64,000 bases of DNA, taken from NCBI GenBank assembly GCA_047601445.1, contig JASGJH010000001.1, positions 416,001 through 480,000 on the forward strand. Direction: 5' to 3'. Source of the stretch: Myxococcales bacterium. Lineage in GTDB: Bacteria; Myxococcota_A; Polyangia; Polyangiales; DASUME01. Positions 63,350-64,000 of the stretch are shown here, piece after piece. Within the stretch, counting starts at the first letter, position 1. Each line of letters starts with the position of its first letter. The notes under the pieces were generated by a model. The model saw only the letters and a list, made by a program, of their open reading frames with translations, did no database searches and was not told the DNA's origin. Position numbers and translations under genes: made by a program.

Positions 63350-64000
63350 ACCAGCGCAAGAGCCCGCCTCCGAGCGCGCGCGAGCGCACGCCGGTGCCGC
63401 CTCGCAATGGGGAGCGCGTGGAGCCGAGGACGCAGGTAGAGAGTGCGCCGGGGCGTCGTGGCCTGCTGGTGCGCGTCTCGTTGCTCTTGCTCGTGCTGTC
63501 GCTGGCGGCCGGCAAGGTGCTGCACCGCGCCTACGAGATCCAGGTGCGCAGCCCCGAGAACTACGAGCGTCACTACCGCGAGGAAATCGAGGTCGAGGCC
63601 AAGCGCGGCAACATCTACGACCGCCGTGGCGCCGAGCTCGCCGTCAGTGTGGAGCTCGACAGCGTATTCGCCGACCCGGTCGCGCTGCGCAACAACCACC
63701 TGTTGCCCGGGGAGGTAGCCCGCGCCTTGTCGCCCGTACTGGGGATCCCCGAAGCCGCCTTGGTGCCCAAGCTCTCCACCAACAAGCGCTTCGTGTGGCT
63801 CAAGCGCCGCGTGTCGCCGCGTGAGTCCGGGGCGCTCGCGCAGCTGGGCCTGCTAGGCAAGGGCATTGCGGCTCGCAAGGAGCCCAGGCGTTTCTATCCG
63901 AACGTCACCACCGCCGCCCACGTGCTTGGTTTCACGAACGATCAGGGGCAGGGCGTGGAAGGCCTCGAGCGCACGTTCGAGACTCGTCTGCACGGGGCCG
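63346..64000 (+). CDS. ftsI: Penicillin-binding protein FtsI/PBP3, 3'-truncated by the window edge
   Basis: TM followed by AKRGNIYDRRGAELAVS, FVWLKRRV, RFYP, AHVLGF and GVEGLE. dcw position. Confidence 0.92.
   Translation, partial: MNQRKSPPPSARERTPVPPRNGERVEPRTQVESAPGRRGLLVRVSLLLLVLSLAAGKVLHRAYEIQVRSPENYERHYREEIEVEAKRGNIYDRRGAELAVSVELDSVFADPVALRNNHLLPGEVARALSPVLGIPEAALVPKLSTNKRFVWLKRRVSPRESGALAQLGLLGKGIAARKEPRRFYPNVTTAAHVLGFTNDQGQGVEGLERTFETRLHGA

Overview
GC-rich bacterial chromosomal segment, most likely Myxococcota (Polyangia-like). The evidence is gene content: several eukaryotic-type Ser/Thr kinases, a giant TPR protein, an MglA-family GTPase, a TSP3-OmpA protein, a Cys-rich lipoprotein, CxxxY-type CcmE and a split atp operon. 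Housekeeping genes include a cold-shock protein, thiD, thiL, a type IIA topoisomerase pair (probably topo IV), SurA/parvulin PPIases, a moxR-DUF58-batABCDE operon, hemL, atpZ/I-atpB-atpE, pyrR-pyrB, namZ and the start of the dcw cluster (mraZ-rsmH-ftsL-ftsI) with MraZ boxes. I found no rRNA, tRNA, CRISPR array, transposase, integrase or phage genes. The most interesting items are: a pseudokinase with a V4R/H-NOX-like domain paired with an intact membrane kinase; an MglB-less MglA-type GTPase coupled to a PocR histidine kinase; an orphan truncated FliH/SctL-like gene coupled to a site-2 protease; a kinase-TPR-GAF-sigma54 activator fusion; a structured ~175-nt leader before the topoisomerase operon; two single-base frameshifts in outer-membrane protein genes; and apparently leaderless promoters. 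All family calls come from motif recognition by eye; no searches were run.
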